A DNA stretch of 64,000 nucleotides from Alphaproteobacteria bacterium (GTDB lineage: Bacteria > Pseudomonadota > Alphaproteobacteria > GCA-2731375). The stretch spans positions 3,264,001-3,328,000 of the forward strand of contig CBDDPY010000002.1 of the NCBI GenBank assembly GCA_965232515.1, read 5' to 3'. Shown here piece after piece: positions 1 to 9,482 of the stretch (its first letter is position 1; each line of letters starts with the position of its first letter). The notes under the pieces are model-generated. The model was given only the letters and a program-made list of their open reading frames with translations. It ran no database searches and had not been told where the DNA came from. The position numbers and the translations under genes are program-made.

Positions 1-826
1 AGATCACCTGCCGGTTCGACAGGCCCTTGACGCGCGCGGTGATGACATACTCCTGATTGAGCTGCTCGAGCATGAAGCTGCGCGTCATGCGGGCGATATA
101 GGCGAGCGCGGTGAAGCCGAGGATGCTGCCCGGCATGACGATGTGGCTGACGGCGTTCCAGAAGATGTCCCATTCGTCGGCGAGCGCCGCGTCGATCAAG
201 ATCGAGCCGGTCACCGGCTCGACAATGTCGATATAGAAGCTGTCGACCCGGCCCGGGCCGCCGACCCAGCCGAGCATGCCGTAGAACACCAGCAAGCCCA
301 TCAGGCCGAGCCAGAAGATCGGCGTCGAATAGCCGACCAGCCCGATGATCCGGGTGATGTGGTCGATCAGCGAATTGCGGAACACGGCAGCCAGCACGCC
401 CATGGGAATGCCGAGGAAGACGCCGACCAGCAGGGCGACGGTGGCGAGCTCGAGGGTGGCCGGGAAGACGCGGGCGATGTCGGTGGCGACTTCCTGGCCG
501 CTGAAGGTGCCGACGCCGAAGTCGAGACGGGCCGCGGATGAGATGTAAGTCCAGAACTGGACGTAGAGCGGCTGGTCCAGGCCGAGCTTGCGGTACATCA
601 TCTCGTACGTGGCCTGGTCGGCCTGGTCCCCGACCACGGCCAACACGGGATCGATCGGCAGCATGCGGCCAATAAAGAAGGTCAGCGCCAGCAGTCCCAG
701 CAGCGTGACGAAGACGGAGACGATCAGGCGTCCCGCCGCGCCCGCGCGCCCCAGCCAGACCTGCCGGCGGGCGTCGCGGTCCGCTACGGCCCCGATCGGC
801 TCAATGTTACGATCGCTGACTGCCAT
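1..826 (-). CDS. Peptide/nickel ABC transporter permease (DppB-like), runs off the window start
   Basis: Not in the ORF track. Read by hand from ATG 826: MAVSDRN...TLLGLLALTFFIGRMLPIDPVLAVVGD...LGLDQPLYVQF, with the EAA-loop region ARMTRSFMLEQLNQEYVITARVKGLS. Lies directly downstream of the substrate-binding gene. Confidence 0.9.
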   Translation of the reverse strand, partial: MAVSDRNIEPIGAVADRDARRQVWLGRAGAAGRLIVSVFVTLLGLLALTFFIGRMLPIDPVLAVVGDQADQATYEMMYRKLGLDQPLYVQFWTYISSAARLDFGVGTFSGQEVATDIARVFPATLELATVALLVGVFLGIPMGVLAAVFRNSLIDHITRIIGLVGYSTPIFWLGLMGLLVFYGMLGWVGGPGRVDSFYIDIVEPVTGSILIDAALADEWDIFWNAVSHIVMPGSILGFTALAYIARMTRSFMLEQLNQEYVITARVKGLSNRQVI

Positions 827-880
827 GGCCCTGTCCCAGCGCGGCCGCCATGCGACCGGCAGTTAAACGATAACAGATGC

Positions 881-912
881 CGGCCGCGGCCCGCCAAGTT
901 GGGCCGCGGCCG
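881..912 (-). other. Intercistronic stem-loop between the SBP and permease genes
   Basis: CGGCCGCGGCCC-N8-GGGCCGCGGCCG perfect 12-bp stem with no U-tract. This is a typical position for an mRNA-stabilising hairpin in ABC operons. Confidence 0.55.
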
Positions 913-923
913 TCCGACGCCGC

Positions 924-2555
924 CTACTCCTTGTGGGCCATGGCGTAGAACTTCTTGAAGGCGGTGATGGGCAGGCCCTTCACCTCCTTGCGCATGGCGA
1001 TGTTCTCAATCTTCTGGAACATGTAGACGAAGGGCGACTCCGCGAGCTGGACGCGCTGGATCTCGTGATACATCTTCCGGCGCTTCTCGGTGTCGGTCTC
1101 CATCTTCGCCGCCAGCACCTTCTCGTTCAGCCCCAGCGCCGCGACATCCCAGCCGACACGCCAGGCCGGGAACATGGTGCCCTTGAATTCGTCGCTGTTG
1201 TCGGGATTGAAGACGTGTCGCGAGACCATACCGTGAGCGTCGGGCACGCCGGTCGTCCAGGCGAAGATGCCGGATTCGAAATCACGGCTGCGGAACTGAC
1301 CGTAGAGCTGCGCCGCGGCCATGGGCTGGATCTCGAGCTCGATGCCGATCTTGGCGGCGTTCGCCTGAACGTGCTGGGCGATTTCCGGGAACGGGAAGAC
1401 CTGATCGATGATCAGCTTCTTCTTGAACCCGTCGGCGTAGCCGGCCTTGGCGATCAGTTCCTTCGCCTTGTCGAGGTTGAGGCTGTAGGGCTCTTCTTCC
1501 GATGGAATCGCGCCGAAGGCGCCGATCGGCACCACGCTCTGCCGGGCGACGCCGACATTGCGCATGACGGTGCTCTCGAGCTTCTTGTAGTCGACCAGCC
1601 ATTTGAAGGCTTCTCGGATGTCGCGGCTTTGCAGCACGTCGTCGCAGGTGCAGAGGCCGATATACCAGTAGGAGTGCATCGGGTTGTTGAACAGCACCAG
1701 ATCGGGGTTGCTCTCGATGGCCTCGAAGTCCGACGAGGTGATGTTGCGGGCGATGTCGATGTCGCCCTTCTCGAGCAGCAGCCGCTGGGCGCCGCCTTCC
1801 GGCACGTGCCGGACGACGATGCGCTTGATCTTCACCTCGTTGCGCCAGTAGTCGTCGTTGCGCTCGATGATGAAGACGTCGTTCGCCTTCCAGGTCTTGA
1901 CGCGATAGGGACCGACGCAGGCGGAGGTTTTCGACAGCCAGCCGTTGCCCCAGTCGCCGTCCTTCTCGTGCTTCATGATCTCCTTGCGGTCGAGCGTGAA
2001 GGCGGCGCGGCCGGTGAACACCTGAGCCAGGAAGAGCGGCGGCGCGAACGGCTCGGTCACCTTGACGACCAGCGTGTGGTCGTCGGACGCGGTCACGTTC
2101 TCGATCACGTTCTCGTCGGTGAAGCCCCATTCCTTGTGCATCACCGCGCTGTTCAGGTTGAGCTTGACGTTGCGCTGGATCGACCAGGCCGCGTCATGCG
2201 CCGTCACCGGGTTGCCGGACGGAAACTTCAGACCCTTGCGGATCTTGAACGTGTAGGTCAGGGCGTCGTCGGTGACGGACCAGCTTTCGGCGATGCCGGG
2301 GACCAGCTTCGCCGGATTCTCATAATCCTGGAACACCAGCGGATCGCAGACATTGTTCATCATCTCGTCGACAAAGGTCTCGCCGATGTCGGCCGGGTCG
2401 AGCGTGCGATAGATCGCCAGCGTCCAGCCCAGCACCAACGTGTCCTTCGGCGTTTTCGCCGGCGCCGGCGTGCTGGCCAAGGCGGTCGCCAACAGCCCCG
2501 CCGCCAGGCACGCGGATAAGACGGTCTTGCCGCGTTCGAATGTCCGCATGTTCAA
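924..2555 (-). CDS. ABC transporter substrate-binding protein, family 5 (Dpp/Opp-like)
   Basis: Signal peptide; LVPGIAESWSVTDDALTYTFKIRKGLKFPSGNPVTAHD family-5 signature; GPY motif. Confidence 0.93.
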   Translation of the reverse strand: MNMRTFERGKTVLSACLAAGLLATALASTPAPAKTPKDTLVLGWTLAIYRTLDPADIGETFVDEMMNNVCDPLVFQDYENPAKLVPGIAESWSVTDDALTYTFKIRKGLKFPSGNPVTAHDAAWSIQRNVKLNLNSAVMHKEWGFTDENVIENVTASDDHTLVVKVTEPFAPPLFLAQVFTGRAAFTLDRKEIMKHEKDGDWGNGWLSKTSACVGPYRVKTWKANDVFIIERNDDYWRNEVKIKRIVVRHVPEGGAQRLLLEKGDIDIARNITSSDFEAIESNPDLVLFNNPMHSYWYIGLCTCDDVLQSRDIREAFKWLVDYKKLESTVMRNVGVARQSVVPIGAFGAIPSEEEPYSLNLDKAKELIAKAGYADGFKKKLIIDQVFPFPEIAQHVQANAAKIGIELEIQPMAAAQLYGQFRSRDFESGIFAWTTGVPDAHGMVSRHVFNPDNSDEFKGTMFPAWRVGWDVAALGLNEKVLAAKMETDTEKRRKMYHEIQRVQLAESPFVYMFQKIENIAMRKEVKGLPITAFKKFYAMAHKE

Positions 2556-2729
2556 GCCTCCTGTTGGTTTTCATGGATTTGCCATCGAGCGTAGAAACCG
2601 GCCGGAACAGCGTCCAATGCAAACTTGTGATTGATCGATGCAAAAGCGGTATCATCTCAGGTCAGGCGCGGCGGCTGCGCCGATACCGCGACACCGCCCG
2701 CGCTCTTCCGCTCTAGGAGGTGGGTCGCC

Positions 2730-3668
2730 ATGGACCTTCGATGGATGGAAGATTTCTGCAGCCTGTGCAGCACGGGCAACTTTCACCGCTCGTCGAAGGA
2801 GCGGAACCTGTCACAGCCGGCCTTCAGCCGGCGGATCAAGGCGCTGGAGACCTGGCTCGGCGTCGAGCTGGTCGACCGCAGTACGTTTCCGGCGCGGCTG
2901 ACCGAAGCAGGACGCGAATTCCGGCCGGTCGCCGAACAGATGGTTCATCTGGCCTATCGCACCCGCAACGAGCTCCGCGCCAGCGCCCGCAACGACGCGG
3001 CCGCCCTCAGCTTCGCCTGCCTCGACAGTCTCGCCGGCAACTATCTGCCGCGCTGGCTGCAACGGCTTGAACGCCATACCGGCTTCGTCAACAGCCGGGT
3101 GCTGACAGCCTTTGCCAGCGCCGAGGCGTTCCTTGCCGCGCTGGAGGAAGGCGCCTGCGATTTTCTGGTCTGCTACCACGACGACGGCGACGCGATCCTA
3201 ATCGATCCCGTCGATTTTCCGTCGCTGACACTCGATACCGAGATCGTGGTGCCGGTCGTTGCGGCCGATGCCGAGGTACTGGATCTGATCGAGCCGTCCG
3301 GTATGGTCGGGCAGCCGCTGCCGCTGTTGCAATACGCCGCGCACACCTATCTCGGCCGGATCGTCCGCGACCACATCAGACGCCACCATCTGGAGGCGGC
3401 ATTCGATATCGTCTACGAGTCCTCGATCGCGTCCTCGCTGAAGGAAATGGCCTTGCTCGGCTATGGCCTTGCCTGGCTGCCGAAGTCGTGCATCGAACAG
3501 AACCTGGCGGACGGATCGCTGGTACAGGTCGGCGTCGTCGGCAAGGAGATCCGGCTCGACATCAAGATCTTCCGGCACCTCGAACGGCGCGACAAACAGG
3601 TCGAGCGGTTCTGGTCGGTGCTGGAAAGCCTGGACAGCATGGACATTGTCAACGCCAAGGCCAGCTAG
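2730..3668 (+). CDS. LysR family transcriptional regulator
   Basis: AGGAGG RBS before ATG 2730; MDLRWMEDF...NFHRSSKERNLSQPAFSRRIKALE HTH; divergent from the ABC operon. Confidence 0.92.
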   Translation: MDLRWMEDFCSLCSTGNFHRSSKERNLSQPAFSRRIKALETWLGVELVDRSTFPARLTEAGREFRPVAEQMVHLAYRTRNELRASARNDAAALSFACLDSLAGNYLPRWLQRLERHTGFVNSRVLTAFASAEAFLAALEEGACDFLVCYHDDGDAILIDPVDFPSLTLDTEIVVPVVAADAEVLDLIEPSGMVGQPLPLLQYAAHTYLGRIVRDHIRRHHLEAAFDIVYESSIASSLKEMALLGYGLAWLPKSCIEQNLADGSLVQVGVVGKEIRLDIKIFRHLERRDKQVERFWSVLESLDSMDIVNAKAS

Positions 3669-3678
3669 GCAGCGCCCG

Positions 3679-3786
3679 TCATAGCCCGATTGCGAGCCGC
3701 AGCACATAGGCCGCGGCGGCGAGCGTCAATACGCCGGCAATCCAGAGCCCGACAAACCAGAGCAGGCGTTTCAGAGCTTGCGGCAC
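3679..3786 (-). CDS. Small membrane protein (DUF2474-like), probable cytochrome bd accessory subunit
   Basis: GTG start shortly after the cydB stop with a GAGG RBS; 35 aa (M)PQALKRLLWFVGLWIAGVLTLAAAAYVLRLAIGL, one hydrophobic helix. Confidence 0.75.
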   Translation of the reverse strand: MPQALKRLLWFVGLWIAGVLTLAAAAYVLRLAIGL

Positions 3787-3797
3787 TGTCTGTCGCC

Positions 3798-4799
3798 TCA
3801 ATGATAGCCGTCGCCGCGGACCTTGCCGCGGAAAACCCAGTAGGCGTAGCCGGTATAGCCGAGGATGATCGGCAACAGGATCAACGCGCCGACCAACAGG
3901 AAACTGAGGCTCTCGGGCGGCGCGGCGGCCTGCCAGATAGTGATGTCGGGCGGGATAATGGCGGGAAACAGGCTGATGCCGAGCCCCAAGTAGGACAGCA
4001 GGAACAGGGCCATCGCCAGCAGAAACGGCTGCACCTCGTAGCGGCGGCGGAGCGCGCGGTAGAGGGCGAACGCCGCGGCCGCGACCAGCAGCGGCACCGG
4101 CGACAGCACGGCGATGTTGGGCCAGGAAAACCAGCGCGCCGCGATATCCGGGCTTAAAAGCGGCGTCCACAGACTGACCACGGCGACGGCGGCGACGATC
4201 GCCAGTCCCAGCCGCGACATCAGGTGGTAGCAGCGTTCCTGCAGATCGGCTTCCGTCTTCATAATCAGCCAACCCGCGCCCAGGAAGGCGTAGCCCAGCA
4301 CCAACGCCAGACCGGTGAACAGGCTGAACGGCGTCAGCCAGTCGAACCAGCCGCCGGCATAGGACCGGTCGACGACGGCGATGCCCTGAATGAAGGCGCC
4401 CAGCACGATGCCCTGGCAGAAGGTGGCGACGATGGAGCCGCCGGCAAAGGCGACATTCCAGATCGGCTTGTGCGCCGGGTCCTTGAAGCGGAACTCGAAG
4501 GCAACGCCGCGGAAAATGAGCGCCAGCAACATGGCGATCAGCGGCGCGTAGAGCGCCGTCATGATCACGGAATAGGCCAGCGGAAACACCGCGAACAATC
4601 CGCCGCCGCCCAGCACCAGCCAGGTCTCGTTGCCGTCCCAGACCGGGGCGACGGAGTTCATCATGTCGTCGCGCTGGCGTTCGCCGCGCACGAACGGGAA
4701 CAGGATGCCGATGCCCAGGTCGAACCCGTCCATCAGCACATACATCAGGACGGCAAGCGCGATCAGCAGGGCCCAGATCAGCGGCAGGTCGAGCGGCAT
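3798..4799 (-). CDS. cydB: Cytochrome bd ubiquinol oxidase subunit II (CioB type)
   Basis: YVLMDGFDLGIG, SVAPVWDGNETWLVLGGG and LIFRGVAFEFR motifs. Confidence 0.96.
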   Translation of the reverse strand: MPLDLPLIWALLIALAVLMYVLMDGFDLGIGILFPFVRGERQRDDMMNSVAPVWDGNETWLVLGGGGLFAVFPLAYSVIMTALYAPLIAMLLALIFRGVAFEFRFKDPAHKPIWNVAFAGGSIVATFCQGIVLGAFIQGIAVVDRSYAGGWFDWLTPFSLFTGLALVLGYAFLGAGWLIMKTEADLQERCYHLMSRLGLAIVAAVAVVSLWTPLLSPDIAARWFSWPNIAVLSPVPLLVAAAAFALYRALRRRYEVQPFLLAMALFLLSYLGLGISLFPAIIPPDITIWQAAAPPESLSFLLVGALILLPIILGYTGYAYWVFRGKVRGDGYH

Positions 4800-4812
4800 G
4801 ACGAATCCTCCC

Positions 4813-6207
4813 CTAGTGCGCCGGCCGGATCGCCTGGGCCGGCGTGACGCCGGCGGCGCGTTCCGGCACGCCGGGCGCCGGGCCGGCCTCGGCTGATGTC
4901 GGCGGTTGCCGCATCAGCCGCAGCAGGTAGTAGATGCCGGCGCCGAAAACCAGGAAATAGACGATTACGAACATCAGCAGCGAGGTGGCGACCGCCGGCG
5001 CGGCGATGGGCGAAACGCCGTCGACCGTGCGCATCAGGCCATAGACGACATAGGGCTGGCGGCCGACCTCGGTGGTCACCCATCCGGCGATCACGGCGAC
5101 GAGGCCGCTCGGCGCCATGAGCATCAAGGCACGGTGGAACCAGACGCTGTCATAGAGCCGGCCCCGCCAGCGCAGCCATAACCCGGCAAGGCCGGCGGCG
5201 ATCATCAACAGACCGATGCCGACCATGATCCGGAAGCTCCAGAACACCAGGGCCGCGTTCGGCCGCTCGTCGGGCGGCCAGGCTTTCAGCCCCTTGACCA
5301 CGCCGTCCATGTCATGGGTCAGGATCAGGCTGCCGAGCTTGGGGATCGCCAGCTCGAACCGGTTCGCCTCGGCCTCCATGTCGGGCAGCGCGAAGAGCAC
5401 CAGCGGCGCGCCTGCCCTGGTTTCCCAGTGGCCCTCCATGGCGGCGATCTTGGCCGGCTGATGCTGAAGCGTGTTGAGGCCGTGCAGGTCGCCGGCGACC
5501 AGTTGGACCGGCGCGACGAGCGCCGCCATCCACATGGCCATGGAGAACATGATGCGCGCGGCCTCGTTGCCGCGATCGCGCAACAGGTGATAGGCGCCGA
5601 CGCCACCGACGATGAAGGCGGTCGTGAGATACGCGGCCAGCACCATGTGCACCAGGCGATAAGGAAACGAAGGATTGAAGATCACCGCCCACCAGTCGAC
5701 CGGCACGAACTGGCCGTCGACGAAGCCATGGCCCGTCGGCGTCTGCATCCAGCTGTTGGCGGACAGTATCCAAAAGGCCGAGAACAGCGTGCCGAGCGCG
5801 ACCATGGCCGTGGCGAAGAAATGCAGACCCTTGCCGACCCGGTTCATGCCGAACAGCATGACGCCCAGGAAGCCAGCCTCCAGGAAAAACGCGCTCAGTA
5901 CCTCATAGCCCATCAACGGGCCGAGGATTGGACCCGTGGCGTCGGCGAACGGCCCCCAATTGGTGCCGAACTGGTAGCTCATGACGATACCGGAGACGAC
6001 GCCCATGCCGAAGCTGAGCGCGAAGATCTTCGACCAGTATTTGTAGAGCCGCAGATAGACGTCGCGTTTGCGCCAGAGCCACAAACCCTCGAGCACGAAC
6101 AGATAGCTGGCGAGCCCGATCGTGAAGGACGGAAAGACAATGTGGAAGGCGACGGTAAAGGCGAACTGGAACCGGGCCAGCAGGACCGCGTCGAACAGAT
6201 CCGGCAT
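4813..6207 (-). CDS. cydA: Cytochrome bd ubiquinol oxidase subunit I (short Q-loop, CioA type)
   Basis: LARFQFAFTVAFHIVF, FFLEAGFLG, ANSWMQTP, QPAKIAAMEG and EVGRQPY..GLMRT motifs; 464 aa. Confidence 0.97.
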   Translation of the reverse strand: MPDLFDAVLLARFQFAFTVAFHIVFPSFTIGLASYLFVLEGLWLWRKRDVYLRLYKYWSKIFALSFGMGVVSGIVMSYQFGTNWGPFADATGPILGPLMGYEVLSAFFLEAGFLGVMLFGMNRVGKGLHFFATAMVALGTLFSAFWILSANSWMQTPTGHGFVDGQFVPVDWWAVIFNPSFPYRLVHMVLAAYLTTAFIVGGVGAYHLLRDRGNEAARIMFSMAMWMAALVAPVQLVAGDLHGLNTLQHQPAKIAAMEGHWETRAGAPLVLFALPDMEAEANRFELAIPKLGSLILTHDMDGVVKGLKAWPPDERPNAALVFWSFRIMVGIGLLMIAAGLAGLWLRWRGRLYDSVWFHRALMLMAPSGLVAVIAGWVTTEVGRQPYVVYGLMRTVDGVSPIAAPAVATSLLMFVIVYFLVFGAGIYYLLRLMRQPPTSAEAGPAPGVPERAAGVTPAQAIRPAH

Positions 6208-6400
6208 GCGCTACTCCTCGAGCCGACACGCCTCCCCGAACGCCAGTTTGCCGCGGCCTCCCCTGCCGCTGCCGCCCTTGCGGGCGGCTTTCGCAAAAAG
6301 CTATCTAGTCCTTCCCAACCACTTTGTCTCGGTTAACGGTCGCGACCAACTGTCTCACCGGGGCAATCGGCCGCACCCGGAAAACAAACGCCGACGGCAC

Positions 6401-6937
6401 CTATTTGGGAATCGGCTTGCCGTCGAAGAAAGCCAGGCTGCCGGCGTGCCAGGCCGGCCGCGACGGGCTCGTGTTATCACGCAGACGGGACAGGTCGGTG
6501 TGGCTGAGCGCCTCGGTCAGCAGCCAGGCATGGCGTTTGGGGAAGTCGGCTCGCACAACCAGCAGCCGATCGCCGATCGGCATCAACGTGCGCAGATCGA
6601 CACGTCCGTAGGGCGCAAAGCCCTCGACGCCGTCGCGCATCGCCACGGCTTCGGCTTCAGTCAGAACGGCGGTCTCAAGCTGGTCGGTGGCGAGCAAGCT
6701 CGCCAGCCGTCCCACGTACGGCGCCCGCGCCACCCGGGCCTTCGCCGCCGGCAGATGCCGATCCAGCGCGGCGACCGTTGCCTTCGCCAGCGCGTAGCCA
6801 TGTAGATCGCCCTTGTGACAGCCGATCAGCAGGTGCTTCTTTCGGTAGACGACCCACTGGTTGTATGGCGTGTGGCCGCCGAGAATAAGCGCCGCCGCGG
6901 CCAGCCCACACCCTTGCAAAAATCGTCGGCGGATCAT
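6401..6937 (-). CDS. Hypothetical exported protein with a Tat-type signal
   Basis: N-terminus IRRRFLQ followed by a hydrophobic stretch; its ATG overlaps the formamidase stop (TAATG). Confidence 0.7.
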   Translation of the reverse strand: MIRRRFLQGCGLAAAALILGGHTPYNQWVVYRKKHLLIGCHKGDLHGYALAKATVAALDRHLPAAKARVARAPYVGRLASLLATDQLETAVLTEAEAVAMRDGVEGFAPYGRVDLRTLMPIGDRLLVVRADFPKRHAWLLTEALSHTDLSRLRDNTSPSRPAWHAGSLAFFDGKPIPK

Positions 6938-8181
6938 TACTCGAACACGTCCAGATTCAGTACCGCCGTCACGACATAGTTCGGCACGTCAACGACCTGG
7001 CCGACACGCAGGTCGACGGCGACGCTCGCCAAAATGTAGGCCTGCTCGCGGTCGAGGCCGTGCTCGCGCTGAATGTAGTCGATCATCTTGATCAAGGCAT
7101 CGCGGGCGGCGAGCGTCAGATCCTCCGACAGGTTCGTCAGATCGGCGATCTTCTGGCTTTCCAGATAGGCGAGCGGCGGCGGCACCTCGCCGACCGACTT
7201 CAGCGGCAGGCCGACGGTCTGATAGAACTTCGACGGCTCGATGTCCTTGATCTGGCTGCCGCCCTCGACCTCGGGGCCTTTGATGACACTGCCCTGGCCC
7301 TTGCGGATCTCGGTGGTGACGGTCACGATTGCCCCCATCTCGATCGCGGTGCCGGAGACTTCGCCGTCGCCCTGCGCGTAATGCACGTCGCCGACGAACA
7401 GGCCGCAGCCGTCGACGAAGCAGGGCAGCAGCAGCGTGGTGCCGATCTGCATTTGCTGCACGTCCATGTTGCCGCCGTTCTCGCGCGGCGGGACCGTGCG
7501 TAAACAGGAATCCTTGTGGCTGCCCTCGGGCCCGCAGACGTCGGACGGCAGTGCGCCGATCGGCTGCGGCGGCAGGGCGATGCCGCCGACGGCGGCGAGC
7601 TGGCTTTCGCGTTCCAGCCAGGCGACCACCTCCGGCTCGCCCGGCAACACGCCGACCGAACCCATGAAGGCTTCGTACGGCACCTTCACGCCCGGCATCT
7701 GATCGGACTCGGCATGCGTGCGCGAGAGGCGCCAATTGACGAGATACGGCTCGGTATAGAGGTCGCGCAGGAAGCCGAAGCCCGGCACGATCACGGTATA
7801 GCCGTACTGATCGGGCTCGATATCCATCAGCGTCACGGCCAGCACGTCGCCGCGCTCGGCGCCTTCGATGAACACCGGCCCGGTCATGGGATGCACGAGG
7901 TTGAGGTCGGCCGCGGCCAGATCGTCGGCGTTGGAATCGAGCGTCAAATCGGAATCGAGCGCATCCCGCGTGTGCAGCACGATGACGTCGCCGGGCTTCG
8001 CCCGCGCGGCGGGCGGGATCGCCGGGTGGTAGCGATTGAAGCAGTTGGAATCGTTAACGCAGTGATCGCCCTGCTTCTCGATCACAACCCGATCCTGCCA
8101 AGTGACGTCGGTGGTGTCGGCAATCGCGCCGCCAATCGGCAACAACATCAACAGACCGCCAATCGGAAATAGCCGCCTCAT
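6937..8181 (-). CDS. Acetamidase/formamidase family protein with an N-terminal signal peptide
   Basis: NRYHPAIPP, HPMTGPVFIEGAERGDVL, PPRENGGNMD, GDVHYAQGDGEVSGTAIE and AYILASVAVDLRVGQVVDVPN motifs; GGGAGG RBS before ATG 8181. Confidence 0.92.
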   Translation of the reverse strand: MRRLFPIGGLLMLLPIGGAIADTTDVTWQDRVVIEKQGDHCVNDSNCFNRYHPAIPPAARAKPGDVIVLHTRDALDSDLTLDSNADDLAAADLNLVHPMTGPVFIEGAERGDVLAVTLMDIEPDQYGYTVIVPGFGFLRDLYTEPYLVNWRLSRTHAESDQMPGVKVPYEAFMGSVGVLPGEPEVVAWLERESQLAAVGGIALPPQPIGALPSDVCGPEGSHKDSCLRTVPPRENGGNMDVQQMQIGTTLLLPCFVDGCGLFVGDVHYAQGDGEVSGTAIEMGAIVTVTTEIRKGQGSVIKGPEVEGGSQIKDIEPSKFYQTVGLPLKSVGEVPPPLAYLESQKIADLTNLSEDLTLAARDALIKMIDYIQREHGLDREQAYILASVAVDLRVGQVVDVPNYVVTAVLNLDVFE

Positions 8182-8303
8182 CGTGACCTCCCATTTTCGC
8201 TTCTTCGTTGTCACCGCGGCCTTCTAATTATGCCCGGTCGGGCGCGCGATGATCCCCAAACCGAAAACGCTAGCAAGCGGGACCGTCCCGAACAAGCGAG
8301 GCG

Positions 8304-9395
8304 TCAGCCGAGTCCGCCAAGGCCGGCGATGGCTTGGGTGATGATCTGATCGCCGCGCGACCATATCATCGACTTCCAGTCGTCCTTGTCGGGATAGAAG
8401 GCGTCGCGCATCTGTCGCTTGATGCGGCGGCCGAGTTCGCTGGCCGGATCGCCGAAAAGATGCAGCCAGCCATCGGCGCGGATCGCACCCAACGATACCC
8501 GCAGTGGATAGGTGCCGAACTCCAGCGTCACCGAGGCGACAAGCGCATCGGGCAGAAAGCGCTGCAAGCCATAACCGACCTTGCCGTCGATCACCGTTGA
8601 CACCGCGTCGCCGGTATGCGGCACGGTCACCGGCTGGCTGTACCAGGCGACGACACGATCGTGGGCGTCCGTGCCCGGCGGGTGGTAGCACAAGGCCTCG
8701 CCGACGCCATAGGGCCCGAGACCGGTATGCATGTCGACGAACGCGACGTCACGGGCGGCACTCAAGTGCTCGGCCGCGATCGCCGCCAAGGTCCGGTGTG
8801 ACCAGGTCGGACCATTGCCGCCAAAGAACATACCATCGGGAAAGGCGTATTGTCCGCGCGAAGCGCGCAACAGCGATTGTTCGCCATGTTCGGCGGCGTA
8901 ATCGGCAAGGCGCTTCTCGGCCGCGGCATGCGCCGGCCCCTCCCAATCGGCCGGCAGCATGGCATCGGCCAGTTCGGCATATTCGTCATTCGACGGATAG
9001 GGCGCGTCGTGATCGATGAAATTGCGGTTCAGGTCGATATTGTCCTCGTTGACCCGTCGCAGCCAGGCGAATCCGTAGGCGTTGAAGCCGTGGATCAGCA
9101 AAACGGCAACGCCAGGCGGCAGTTCGCGGTCGCGGCGGTTGCGCAGCCAGCCGACCTGGATGCCGGAACCGCAGAAACCCTCGGCGCCGTGCGTCGCTGA
9201 ATTCACCACGACGACGCGCGACGCATCGGCGGGGCCGGCGCGCACGACATCGATGCTGAGCGACCCGCCATCCGGTCCCTTGGCGGGGTTCTCATAAACC
9301 TTCACGTCCAGGTCGGCCGCTGCCGCGGCCTCCCGGAACATCGACCGGGCGTGACTGTAGTCGCGCGCAAAATAGGCACTAGTGGCTTGGTTCAC
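8304..9395 (-). CDS. DUF2817 / M14-like zinc metallopeptidase (copy 1)
   Basis: SATHGAEG (HxxE), RRVNEDNIDLNRNF, DMHTG and LEFGT motifs. Confidence 0.85.
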   Translation of the reverse strand: MNQATSAYFARDYSHARSMFREAAAAADLDVKVYENPAKGPDGGSLSIDVVRAGPADASRVVVVNSATHGAEGFCGSGIQVGWLRNRRDRELPPGVAVLLIHGFNAYGFAWLRRVNEDNIDLNRNFIDHDAPYPSNDEYAELADAMLPADWEGPAHAAAEKRLADYAAEHGEQSLLRASRGQYAFPDGMFFGGNGPTWSHRTLAAIAAEHLSAARDVAFVDMHTGLGPYGVGEALCYHPPGTDAHDRVVAWYSQPVTVPHTGDAVSTVIDGKVGYGLQRFLPDALVASVTLEFGTYPLRVSLGAIRADGWLHLFGDPASELGRRIKRQMRDAFYPDKDDWKSMIWSRGDQIITQAIAGLGGLG

Positions 9396-9482
9396 GGGCT
9401 GCCCCCTCTACCGAAAGGCGCGCAACGGTTAAACTGACGCGCAAGCGGGATCATAACCCAGTTGTCGCGGGGAGGAATGGTG

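Noticed and set aside
933-2519. 528-aa antisense ORF, and similar ones opposite the CoA ligases, dehydratase and GGDEF-EAL gene
   Set aside because: Exact mirror of a well-supported gene, explained by codon bias.
6271-6288. GCAA-tetraloop hairpin upstream of cydA as a regulatory RNA
   Set aside because: A single 7-bp stem in GC-rich DNA is too little evidence.
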